Shown in pieces: positions 29,244-37,519 of a stretch of DNA of 64,000 nt (position 1 is its first letter; every line of letters starts with the position of its first letter). The stretch lies in NCBI GenBank assembly GCA_903910385.1, contig CAIVZM010000011.1, positions 15,203 through 79,202 of the forward strand, given 5' to 3'. Source of the stretch: an uncultured Armatimonadetes bacterium. Its GTDB lineage: Bacteria; Armatimonadota; Armatimonadia; Armatimonadales; Armatimonadaceae. A program made the position numbers and the translations under genes. Under the pieces are notes generated by a model. The model did not search any database and had not been told where the DNA came from. It saw only the letters and a list, made by a program, of their open reading frames with translations.

Positions 29244-30888
29244 TCAAATTGCTCCTATAGACATTCGATTCATGGTAAGAATGTTCACTCCACGAATCCA
29301 CAATGTTGTTCTAATAACATTAGTCTTTGTTTACGTGATAATTTTCTCTTGTTTGACCTGTAGCTTATTTGATCGCCTTGGTTACATGAATTTTGATATG
29401 GGGATTTTCGATCAGGCTACATATTTGATCAGTCATGAGGAAGAACCTTTTGTCACATTGCGCGGAACGCACATCCTTGCCGATCATTTTAGTGTTATTC
29501 TTTATCTGCTGGCTCCACTTTATGTCCTATTTCCGAGTCCTAAAACCTTGCTGGTAGTCCAGACCGTCGCATTGGCATCAGGCGTTTTTCCCGTCTATTG
29601 GCTGGCGAAGGAGAAAACAGGGACACCTTTTGTTGCTCTAATATTCTCTGTGGCTTATCTTTGTCACCCAGCGTTGCAGTGGAGCAATACCTATGAATTT
29701 CATCCAGATACCTTGGCTACGCCCGCATTTTTATTTGCGCTCTACTATTTGAACCAAAAGCGCTGGATCGGCTATTTTTCTGCACTTCTATTTGCAGCAC
29801 TAACGAAGGAGAATGTTGGTCTCACAATTTTCTTTATCGGATTTTGCCTTTTCCCTCATCAACGCAACATGGGAGTCGCCACCTTGATTACAGGAGTCGC
29901 CACACTATGTATAGCGTTAATGACAATACGCTACTTTAATGGAGCCCCCTCACCTTATGTTTACCTTTATTCGCAATGGGGAGCAACGCCGTTTGCTGTC
30001 GTTACACACTTTGTCCTTAATCCGAAACTACTGTTAACACTTTTTTGGAACAATTATAGCTATTTTGTTTTTCTGTTGACGCCATTACTTTTCCTTCCGC
30101 TTTTCGCACCAGAAAAACTCTTACCCGCGCTACCAGCCATAGCGACGAACCTGCTTAGTAATAGATCAGGAATGCATAATATAGAGGAACAATACACCGC
30201 ACTCATAACGCCATTTTTTATCGTCGCCGCTATTGCCGGTTACGAACGTTTATCTTACTGGATTCATCATCTCGCTAAAGGATACGCCGACTTGATCTGC
30301 TACGGGGTTTTGATGAATCTGTTATTGTGGGCATGCGGCGGCACTTTGCTCTGGGGACCCTTCTCCCGCGACACGGAGAGTCTGTATTCCGTTTTCTCAA
30401 TCGAAGAAGCTCGTGAAATTCGGGAAACGCTTTCTGTAATCCCGCCAACTGTGTCGGTGTCTGCGCAAATGGGATTAGGATCGCAACTTTCCCAGCGGCG
30501 ATTCATCTATCACTTTCCTAATCCCTTTTCGAAAAATGTTTGGGGAGGCACAAAACAGGCGTTAATTGAAGTCGCATCTATCGAGGGAGCTACCTTGTCT
30601 GCCGATTATAACAGTAACATTGCGCGTACGCCTGTTGAGTATATTGCCTTAGTCCCGCTCTCCTCATGCTTCCCTTTTTCCTTCGAAAGATATATGCATA
30701 CCATCACTCTTTTACTCAAAAATCCCGCTTATGGCGTCATCACAGTGGGAAAAAACGCCATTGTTTTACGGCGCGGCGCAAACCATAAATCAGGTATCCA
30801 ATTGCTGGCGCGGCGGGGGGATATTGTCACAGACGATTCAGAACAGGCGCTTTGGGCATGGCTTACCCGATCTCATTCGCGACGGTGA
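29221..30888 (+). CDS. DUF2079-family polytopic membrane protein (GT-C-fold glycosyltransferase-like)
   Basis: More than 10 TM helices. N-terminal block MNFDMGIFDQATYLISHEE…HFSVILYLLAPLYVLFPSPKTLLVVQTVALASGVFPVYWLA matches the DUF2079 signature (DLGIFDQA…DHFSPIL…PSP.TLL.VQ). Confidence 0.65.
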   Translation: MVAMNSNNQIAPIDIRFMVRMFTPRIHNVVLITLVFVYVIIFSCLTCSLFDRLGYMNFDMGIFDQATYLISHEEEPFVTLRGTHILADHFSVILYLLAPLYVLFPSPKTLLVVQTVALASGVFPVYWLAKEKTGTPFVALIFSVAYLCHPALQWSNTYEFHPDTLATPAFLFALYYLNQKRWIGYFSALLFAALTKENVGLTIFFIGFCLFPHQRNMGVATLITGVATLCIALMTIRYFNGAPSPYVYLYSQWGATPFAVVTHFVLNPKLLLTLFWNNYSYFVFLLTPLLFLPLFAPEKLLPALPAIATNLLSNRSGMHNIEEQYTALITPFFIVAAIAGYERLSYWIHHLAKGYADLICYGVLMNLLLWACGGTLLWGPFSRDTESLYSVFSIEEAREIRETLSVIPPTVSVSAQMGLGSQLSQRRFIYHFPNPFSKNVWGGTKQALIEVASIEGATLSADYNSNIARTPVEYIALVPLSSCFPFSFERYMHTITLLLKNPAYGVITVGKNAIVLRRGANHKSGIQLLARRGDIVTDDSEQALWAWLTRSHSRR

Positions 30889-30906
30889 AAGAGTAAGAGA
30901 AATCTA

Positions 30907-31725
30907 ATGAAAAAAGTTCAGACTATTAAAAAGCGGTCAATACAGGGTTTTACTTTAATCGAACTGCTCGTTGTTATCGCCATTGTCGCGCTACTGGCGG
31001 CCATAATCTTTCCCGTTTTCTCTCGAGTGCGTGAGAACGGCAGATCAAGCGTTTGCATGTCAAATATGCGGCAACTGGGTTCCGCCGTAACGATGTATAT
31101 TCAAGATTACGATGAGACATACCCAATGAATCGTATTCCCGACGCTAAACATCCGTTACAGGTCTGCCAGGTTAGTGGAAAGACCCCCGGAATGGACGGC
31201 AGCAGTCTGAATTGGCGACGTGTTACATTTCCCTACGTCAAGAATCTGAAACTTTACGAGTGTCCCTCAAACGGGTATGCCTGGGTTGCACCGGCGCCAG
31301 GAATTCAGGGCGGCGATGAATCAAATGCAGAATGGCCCGCCTCGCAAGACCATTTTCCGCTATCCTATGCGTACAATGGCAGTTTTTTTCATGAGTCCGC
31401 CCCCTGCAACATAGGCGAAGCATTACAAAGACCACGGCGCGCTACCGAAATCCGTGATTCGTCGCGTCTGCTCCTACTTTTGGAAACGCGGATCTCGCCG
31501 CCTGACCTCGGAAGTTGGTCGCTTACATGGGTATATGGCAACGATAAATCACATGGCGTATTTCAGGTCCATAATGGCACAACTAACTTTGTCTTTGTGG
31601 ATGGTCATGTCGCCGGCAAAAAATTAGCTACGACTTGCGATAATAAATACTGGTCAGATGGCTATCCTGATCCCGATTCGACTTGTAACGACCTCCCGAC
31701 CGAATTATTCGACGAGTACCGCTAA
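30907..31725 (+). CDS. prepilin-type N-terminal cleavage/methylation domain protein with DUF1559 (pseudopilin-like), island copy
   Basis: [38 protein letters not shown] class III signal. C-terminal FVFVDGHVAGKK (DUF1559 motif). Paralog of 17296..18195. Confidence 0.75.
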   Translation: MKKVQTIKKRSIQGFTLIELLVVIAIVALLAAIIFPVFSRVRENGRSSVCMSNMRQLGSAVTMYIQDYDETYPMNRIPDAKHPLQVCQVSGKTPGMDGSSLNWRRVTFPYVKNLKLYECPSNGYAWVAPAPGIQGGDESNAEWPASQDHFPLSYAYNGSFFHESAPCNIGEALQRPRRATEIRDSSRLLLLLETRISPPDLGSWSLTWVYGNDKSHGVFQVHNGTTNFVFVDGHVAGKKLATTCDNKYWSDGYPDPDSTCNDLPTELFDEYR

Positions 31726-31772
31726 GTTATATAATCTAAGTTAGATAATCTTTGGGAAGTGTCTATTTGAGT

Positions 31773-31791
31773 TAATTGATAAAATCAATTA
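31773..31791. other. 8-bp inverted repeat TAATTGAT-aaa-ATCAATTA at right edge of low-GC island
   Basis: Seen in the AT-rich region after the island operon. The same 9-mer TAATTGATA occurs at the left island edge (about 25195-25203). Confidence 0.35.
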
Positions 31792-32167
31792 TATGCCCCC
31801 TGTACTGCGGAAAGCGGCCCACTCACTCCTGACGCTTGTTCCAATACAACACAAAAAAGGTTATTGCACGGCTCAACACTACCGGACAGCGCGAGAACCA
31901 AATTCGCCCCTCACGAACGGCGAGCATCCCAAATGCTTCAGCGAATCGCTTTGACCTAATCTGCACCGCAGCGCCCGACGGAACTTTTCGCCTACGGGAA
32001 ACGGGAAGCCGCCCTCCCCCGCCGTCCAAAGCATGGTCAGCTTTCCAGCGGCGTAGGAGCATTCATACTGGATGCGCTGAGGCGATCCGTCGCTTAGGGC
32101 AGTATACTGGGATTAGCGAACGACACAGGATTACACACAAACACGAGGCGCGTAGGAAACCGAAACG

Positions 32168-34174
32168 ATGGCGACAAAGGGATGTTTTGAAGTAGTCAGC
32201 AAGTTTAAGCCGTCCGGCGACCAACCACAGGCGATTGGCAAACTGGTGGATGGCCTTAACAAGGGCTACAAAATACAGACGCTACTGGGAGCTACCGGAA
32301 CCGGTAAGACATTCACTGCGGCGCAAGTCATCGAAACCGTCCAGCGACCAACTCTCGTTATCGCGCACAACAAGACTCTGGCGGCGCAGTTATGCTCCGA
32401 ATTCCGCGAGTTCTTTCCCAATAACGCGGTCGAATACTTCGTCTCCTATTACGATTACTATCAGCCGGAAGCCTATATTCCGCAGACCGATACCTTTATC
32501 GAAAAAGACTCGTCCATCAATGAGGAGATTGACCGTCTTCGTCACTCCGCCACTCAAGCGGTGCTGGAGCGGCGCGATGTCATCATTGTCGCCTCGGTTT
32601 CCTGTATCTATGGGTTGGGAGCGCCGCAAGAGTACGCCAATCAGCGGGTATGGTTCCATACCGGGCAGGAGTATGATCGGGACGAACTTTTGCGCCGGTT
32701 GGTGCGTGTGCAGTTCTCTCGCAACGATGTGGCGCTCACTCGCGGCACATTCCGGGTTAAGGGCGATACTTTAGAATTACAACCCAAAGATGAAGAGATT
32801 CTTTACCGTATCGAATTTGACTGGGACACCGTCAAGCGTATCTCCGCCCTCGACCCGTTGACGGGAGAACTGATCGAAACCCGCGACGAACTGACCATCT
32901 TCCCCGCTACTCACTTTGTCACCGACCCCGACAAGCTGGAAGAAGTGCTGGAAGGAATCGAACAGGAAATGCTCGCGCAGGTCAAAGCGTTCAAGAGTGA
33001 GGGCAAACTGATCGAAGCGCAACGTATCGAACAGCGGACGCGCTTCGATCTGGAAATGATCCGCGAGGTCGGATTCTGTTCCGGAATCGAGAACTATTCC
33101 CGCTGGTTCGATGGACGCCCCCCGGGAACCGCTCCGCACACCCTGTTCGACTACTTCCCGAAAGATATGTTGCTCATCATCGATGAGTCTCACCAGACTA
33201 TTCCTCAGTTACACGCCATGTTCGCCGGCGATAAACGGCGGAAAGATACGCTGGTAGAGTTTGGTTTCCGACTGCCTTCGGCGCGGGACAACCGACCTCT
33301 ACGATTCGAGGAAACGGAGGCGCGTATCAATCAGGTCGTGTTTGTCTCCGCAACGCCCGGGCCTTACGAGAAGCAGAACAGTCAACAGATTGTCGAGCAG
33401 ATTATCCGACCCACCGGACTGATCGATCCGGAAATCCTCATTCGCCCGACGAAGGGTCAGATCGATGATCTTATCAACGAGATTCGAATTCGCACAGAGA
33501 AAAAGGAGCGTATTCTGGTCACGACCCTGACAAAAAAAATGTCGGAGGATTTGACCGAGTACCTGACCGAGATCGGTTCCAAGGTGCAGTATCTGCATTC
33601 GGACATTCACACTCTGGAGCGCACCGAGATCCTCCGTGATTTGCGCCTGGGTATCTACGATGTCCTGGTCGGTATCAACCTGTTGCGGGAAGGTCTCGAC
33701 CTCCCGGAGGTTTCTCTGGTCGCTATTCTGGACGCGGACAAAGAAGGGTTCCTGCGTTCGGAAACGTCGCTCGTGCAGACGATCGGTCGCGCCGCGCGTA
33801 ATGTTGGCGGGCAGGTCATTATGTACGCGGACAATATTACGGGTTCGATGGCCCGCGCTATCGATGAGACCAACCGCCGTCGCGCCAAACAGGTCGCCTA
33901 TAACACGGAACACGGTATCACTCCGCAGACCGTCATCAAATCGATTCGCGACGTTCTGGAATCTCGAAAGGTAGCAGAGACCAAATCCTACTATCGTGTC
34001 GCTTCCACCAAAGTCCCGGAAACGCTTCCTCTGGATCAGGTCATGCTCGCTATCGCCGATATCGAAAAGGAAATGAAGCAGGCCGCCCGAAACCTCGACT
34101 TCGAGCAGGCCGCTGTCCTCCGCGACGAAATCGCCCGCCTCAAAAAACTCGTTCCGACAAACGCCAAACGGTAA
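32168..34174 (+). CDS. uvrB: excinuclease ABC subunit B
   Basis: Full-length UvrB: Walker [11 protein letters not shown], beta-hairpin region, helicase motifs and C-terminal UvrB/UvrC interaction domain. Confidence 0.95.
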   Translation: MATKGCFEVVSKFKPSGDQPQAIGKLVDGLNKGYKIQTLLGATGTGKTFTAAQVIETVQRPTLVIAHNKTLAAQLCSEFREFFPNNAVEYFVSYYDYYQPEAYIPQTDTFIEKDSSINEEIDRLRHSATQAVLERRDVIIVASVSCIYGLGAPQEYANQRVWFHTGQEYDRDELLRRLVRVQFSRNDVALTRGTFRVKGDTLELQPKDEEILYRIEFDWDTVKRISALDPLTGELIETRDELTIFPATHFVTDPDKLEEVLEGIEQEMLAQVKAFKSEGKLIEAQRIEQRTRFDLEMIREVGFCSGIENYSRWFDGRPPGTAPHTLFDYFPKDMLLIIDESHQTIPQLHAMFAGDKRRKDTLVEFGFRLPSARDNRPLRFEETEARINQVVFVSATPGPYEKQNSQQIVEQIIRPTGLIDPEILIRPTKGQIDDLINEIRIRTEKKERILVTTLTKKMSEDLTEYLTEIGSKVQYLHSDIHTLERTEILRDLRLGIYDVLVGINLLREGLDLPEVSLVAILDADKEGFLRSETSLVQTIGRAARNVGGQVIMYADNITGSMARAIDETNRRRAKQVAYNTEHGITPQTVIKSIRDVLESRKVAETKSYYRVASTKVPETLPLDQVMLAIADIEKEMKQAARNLDFEQAAVLRDEIARLKKLVPTNAKR

Positions 34175-34286
34175 GTCACCGGATGACGATCACTCTGGCG
34201 TAGGATCGGAACCTCACCGAAACATAAGACCTAACAGCGATGTCAAGGCTTCAAAGGATAAAATAGAGAGATAAAGTTAAAAGAGA

Positions 34287-34532
34287 TCATGGCATTGATG
34301 CGGCGACAAGCGCCCGACTGATCAGCATGCCGTCCAGATAAAAATAATCGAACGGCGCTTCCTGCAACGAAAAGGAAATAATGTCGACATGCTCTACGAG
34401 GCGTAGCCGCTCCCGAAACTCAATGGCATTATCTCCGGATCGGAAACAAGTCAGGTAATCATGACCTGATTGTCTCAGGCAAACAAACTCACCGGTCTCA
34501 ATATGACGAAGCGTGTATACGCTTTCACTCAT
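34287..34532 (-). CDS. hypothetical small protein (81 aa)
   Basis: Start at MSESVYTL with AGGAG 8 nt upstream. No recognisable domain. Confidence 0.4.
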   Translation of the reverse strand: MSESVYTLRHIETGEFVCLRQSGHDYLTCFRSGDNAIEFRERLRLVEHVDIISFSLQEAPFDYFYLDGMLISRALVAASMP

Positions 34533-34718
34533 TTTCGCTACTCCTGGATAGGAGCTATCGAACGATTCTTTCATTGCCTTCGTTCCCAGATGGAGTCACT
34601 TTCGATTCGTTAATTATTTTGTCCGTCTTCTTTCGACTCGATAACCTTCTGAAAGGGAAGAGCCCTATCCTTTGGACGAATCCACCTGCCGCCCCGTTCC
34701 GTCAAATGGGCGTAAAGT

Positions 34719-35191
34719 ATGAGAGCGTCCATAGCCCTTATGACGACAGCGGAAGATCAACGTATCGAAGCGGTCACTGCGGACTCGCCCTTCGCCCGCT
34801 TCGACGCCGCCGTAGAAGCCCGTCTGAAGCTGTTTTTTAGTCCTGCAACGCCGGTATTCACTCCACGAACACGCCACTACGGCGAACGCTTGCTGGGCGT
34901 CCCTTGTAAAACTATCGCGCAGGAAGACGCCATGGCGACGATTGCACCGCCCCCGATACTGTTGATTCAAGGTGGGAAAGATCACCTTGTGACTCCGGAC
35001 AACGCCCATGGTATTTATCAGCAATCTCCCGAAAACATTACGAACCGGGGGTTCCCGAGGCTTCGCATATCCGCTCTATCTATCTGGCGCGCGCCGAATA
35101 TGCGCGCCGCATAAATGAGTTCCTGCAAGCATCATTCTCTACGAGGGAAGCATTCTCAGAGGAACCTTCCGCCTTGCCGACGAATGAGTAA
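34719..35191 (+). pseudogene. frameshifted C-terminal remnant of an alpha/beta-hydrolase (dienelactone-hydrolase-like)
   Basis: Frame 0 encodes …ALMTTAEDQRIEAVTADSPF…PILLIQGGKDHLVTP (post-nucleophile and Asp-loop blocks). The catalytic His and tail (ASHIRSIYLARAEYARRINEFL) continue in another frame to a stop at about 35191. No N-terminal half or GxSxG motif found. Confidence 0.4.
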
Positions 35192-35194
35192 TCA

Positions 35195-36040
35195 ATGCTG
35201 ACAATAATCCAACTGACGCTCAAAGAAGCGTTACGACGACGAACGCTCATTATCTCGGTATTGATCGTTGGTCTGCTTCTGATAGGCGCGTTCATTCCCT
35301 TGAACGGACGGTTGGCGGCGCTGCCTCCCGCACAGGGTCAGCGGCTATTCGGTTCGCTATTTGTCTTTTACGCTACGGACGTTCTCAAGTTCTTCGCTGC
35401 AACGTTCAGTCTGGCGCTGGGAGCGGGCGCGATCTCTGCGGAACTGGAGCGTGGGGTTCTTTCCGCCATTTTACCCAAGCCTATTTCCCGCTTTTCGGTG
35501 TACGCCGGAAAATGGATCGGGCTGTTCCTGTTCATCGCGCTCAATATTGTGATCTGGGATATTGTCGTCTGGGGAGTCGCTCGCTATCGCGCCCCGCAGG
35601 AAATGTATTTCGAAGTCTGGAAAACGTTGCCCGCCCTGCTGGTTTATCCTGCGGTCTTCCTGACGCTTGCCCTGTTTCTCTCCACCTTCGGTTCGTTTCA
35701 GCTTTCGGCGGGATTAGGCATTCTGTGTGCGGGAATCGGTTGGGCGGAAGGCGTCCTTTACGCGCTTTACCGAACTTTCGATAATTCCTACCTTGCCACC
35801 ACTTCAAAGGTCGCTGGATATCTGATGCCGCTGGGCCGTATGTCACGGAATGTCAGCGCTTCCTTGAGCGATCTTCCCGGATTCGCCGATCTTCCTCCGA
35901 TGGTGCAGGCAGTCATTCTGGGCAAAGGCGGCCCCTTCAAAACGCTGGAAAACGGCCCCTGGGATTTGCCCTATATCCTGTTTTATGCGCTGGTGATTTT
36001 CATCGCAGGAGCGGTAATCTTCAGCAAAAAAGATGTCTGA
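35195..36040 (+). CDS. ABC-2 family transporter permease-like membrane protein (orphan, no adjacent ATPase)
   Basis: Six predicted TM helices with ABC-2 permease-like topology and an N-terminal amphipathic helix. No NBD gene nearby. Confidence 0.5.
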   Translation: MLTIIQLTLKEALRRRTLIISVLIVGLLLIGAFIPLNGRLAALPPAQGQRLFGSLFVFYATDVLKFFAATFSLALGAGAISAELERGVLSAILPKPISRFSVYAGKWIGLFLFIALNIVIWDIVVWGVARYRAPQEMYFEVWKTLPALLVYPAVFLTLALFLSTFGSFQLSAGLGILCAGIGWAEGVLYALYRTFDNSYLATTSKVAGYLMPLGRMSRNVSASLSDLPGFADLPPMVQAVILGKGGPFKTLENGPWDLPYILFYALVIFIAGAVIFSKKDV

Positions 36041-36062
36041 ACCGCATTCCGAAACCGCACAC

Positions 36063-36752
36063 TCAACTTTGATTTCCGCATTCGACACAGAATTTATCGC
36101 CCTTCACCAGCGGCGCATGACAATGACGACATAGCGGCGTTGAAGCGACCTCATTGCCGCAGTTCGGGCAGAAGTTCGGGCGCCGTGAATCCGACCAGAC
36201 GCTGCCGCAGACGCCGCAACTACGTTGCATCCGCATCCCGGCGAAGGCGAGGCCGCCACCCGCCGCCAACCCGAAACCGCCGACCGCCGCGATCAACGCC
36301 CCCGGTCCCAGGTAACGCGAAACCGGACCGATTCCTTCAAATGGCTCGATCGGTTCCAGAGCGACCTGCGCTAAACGCGAATTGACAGGCGCAATCGCCC
36401 GTTCAATAGAAATGACGCGCCCCATCAAGTCCCGCGCTACCAGATTCCGGGTGGTTAGAGCGCAAAAAGCGCCGAGAACTCCCGCCAGAACGGCGATTAA
36501 GGGGAAGTTTCGTAGGGTCAGCAAGCCAATCACAGTAGTGGCGGCGCAAATCGCGCCATAGGTCAGGATACCCGTCAACGGAAGCGGTAACCCAAAAACC
36601 GCCACTTGCGCCCACGGCAAGATAGCCCCCAGAAGGGCTGTCCCGCCGCCGAGGAAACCGAAGGCATAGCCACACCACCGTAACCAATGCGCTCGTCGAT
36701 GTCGCTTTACCGCCGAAAGAGGAGAAGTTGAAGTTTTCGCGTTACGGGGCAT
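36063..36752 (-). CDS. membrane protein with C-terminal double zinc-ribbon domain
   Basis: Several TM helices followed by CGVCG…CPNCG…CRHCH…CVECG (two zinc ribbons). Confidence 0.55.
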   Translation of the reverse strand: MPRNAKTSTSPLSAVKRHRRAHWLRWCGYAFGFLGGGTALLGAILPWAQVAVFGLPLPLTGILTYGAICAATTVIGLLTLRNFPLIAVLAGVLGAFCALTTRNLVARDLMGRVISIERAIAPVNSRLAQVALEPIEPFEGIGPVSRYLGPGALIAAVGGFGLAAGGGLAFAGMRMQRSCGVCGSVWSDSRRPNFCPNCGNEVASTPLCRHCHAPLVKGDKFCVECGNQS

Positions 36753-36782
36753 AACCAGTATTATACCCTTCGCCCCTCGAAC

Positions 36783-37430
36783 TTAAAAAAGCGTCGCGGG
36801 AGGCTCTTTCTTCGCCTCGATCACCTTTTTGCGCGCCGTCTCGATATCGGCAACCAGAGAGGCTCGGGCGGAGTCGAACGCTTCGCCCTGTTGACGTAAA
36901 ATATAGGCGGGGTGCAGTCCGGCGATAGCGTAACGCCCATACTTCGTGGGGAAAAACGTTCCCCGTTCCTGCATCATCTTGAAGCCTTTGTGGATGATGG
37001 CGTTCGCCGAGGGAGCGCCCAGACAGAGGATAACGAGCGGTTGAATAACGGCAAGCGTCGGTTCCAGCCAGAGATTGATACAGGTCGCGGATTCCTGAGA
37101 GGTCGGGGGACGATTTTTCATTCGTCCTGTCTCATCCGGGTCAGCGGCACGGCAACGGACAACATTGGTAATGTAAACGTGCTTGCGGAGCATTCCGCAT
37201 TCTCGTAAACATTCATCCAGAAGCACGCCCGCACGCCCGACAAAGGGTCGCCCGGTCTTGTCTTCATTTTCGCCGGGGCCTTCTCCGACAATCACGAGGG
37301 GCGAGAGCGGGTTTCCTTCCCCGAACACGACATTGGTTCTTCGCAGGTGCAGGTCACAGGCGATACAGGGTTGGGCTTTCTGACAGAGCTTCTCTACCTG
37401 CACCGCTTTATCAATCGCTTCCGCCATCAT
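36783..37430 (-). CDS. uracil-DNA glycosylase family 4 (4Fe-4S UDG)
   Basis: CQKAQPCIACDL Fe-S Cys motif. GEGPG catalytic loop and HPAY(I)LR C-terminal motif of family-4 UDGs. Confidence 0.8.
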   Translation of the reverse strand: MMAEAIDKAVQVEKLCQKAQPCIACDLHLRRTNVVFGEGNPLSPLVIVGEGPGENEDKTGRPFVGRAGVLLDECLRECGMLRKHVYITNVVRCRAADPDETGRMKNRPPTSQESATCINLWLEPTLAVIQPLVILCLGAPSANAIIHKGFKMMQERGTFFPTKYGRYAIAGLHPAYILRQQGEAFDSARASLVADIETARKKVIEAKKEPPATLF

Positions 37431-37519
37431 GTTAATCTAAGCGCATTTTAGCCCATTTTGTTCCCGGTGCGGAAAGAATCCGAACGAATACGCCGAGATC
37501 ACCCCTCGCATAACGCCGA

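Noticed and set aside
31800-32167. Searched for a tRNA gene or integrase remnant at the right edge of the low-GC island, and for a LexA/SOS box upstream of uvrB.
   Set aside because: No cloverleaf-compatible sequence ending in CCA. No recombinase ORF. No CTGT-N8-ACAG or GAAC-N4-GTTC type palindrome. Only a TATACT -10 candidate at about 32102.
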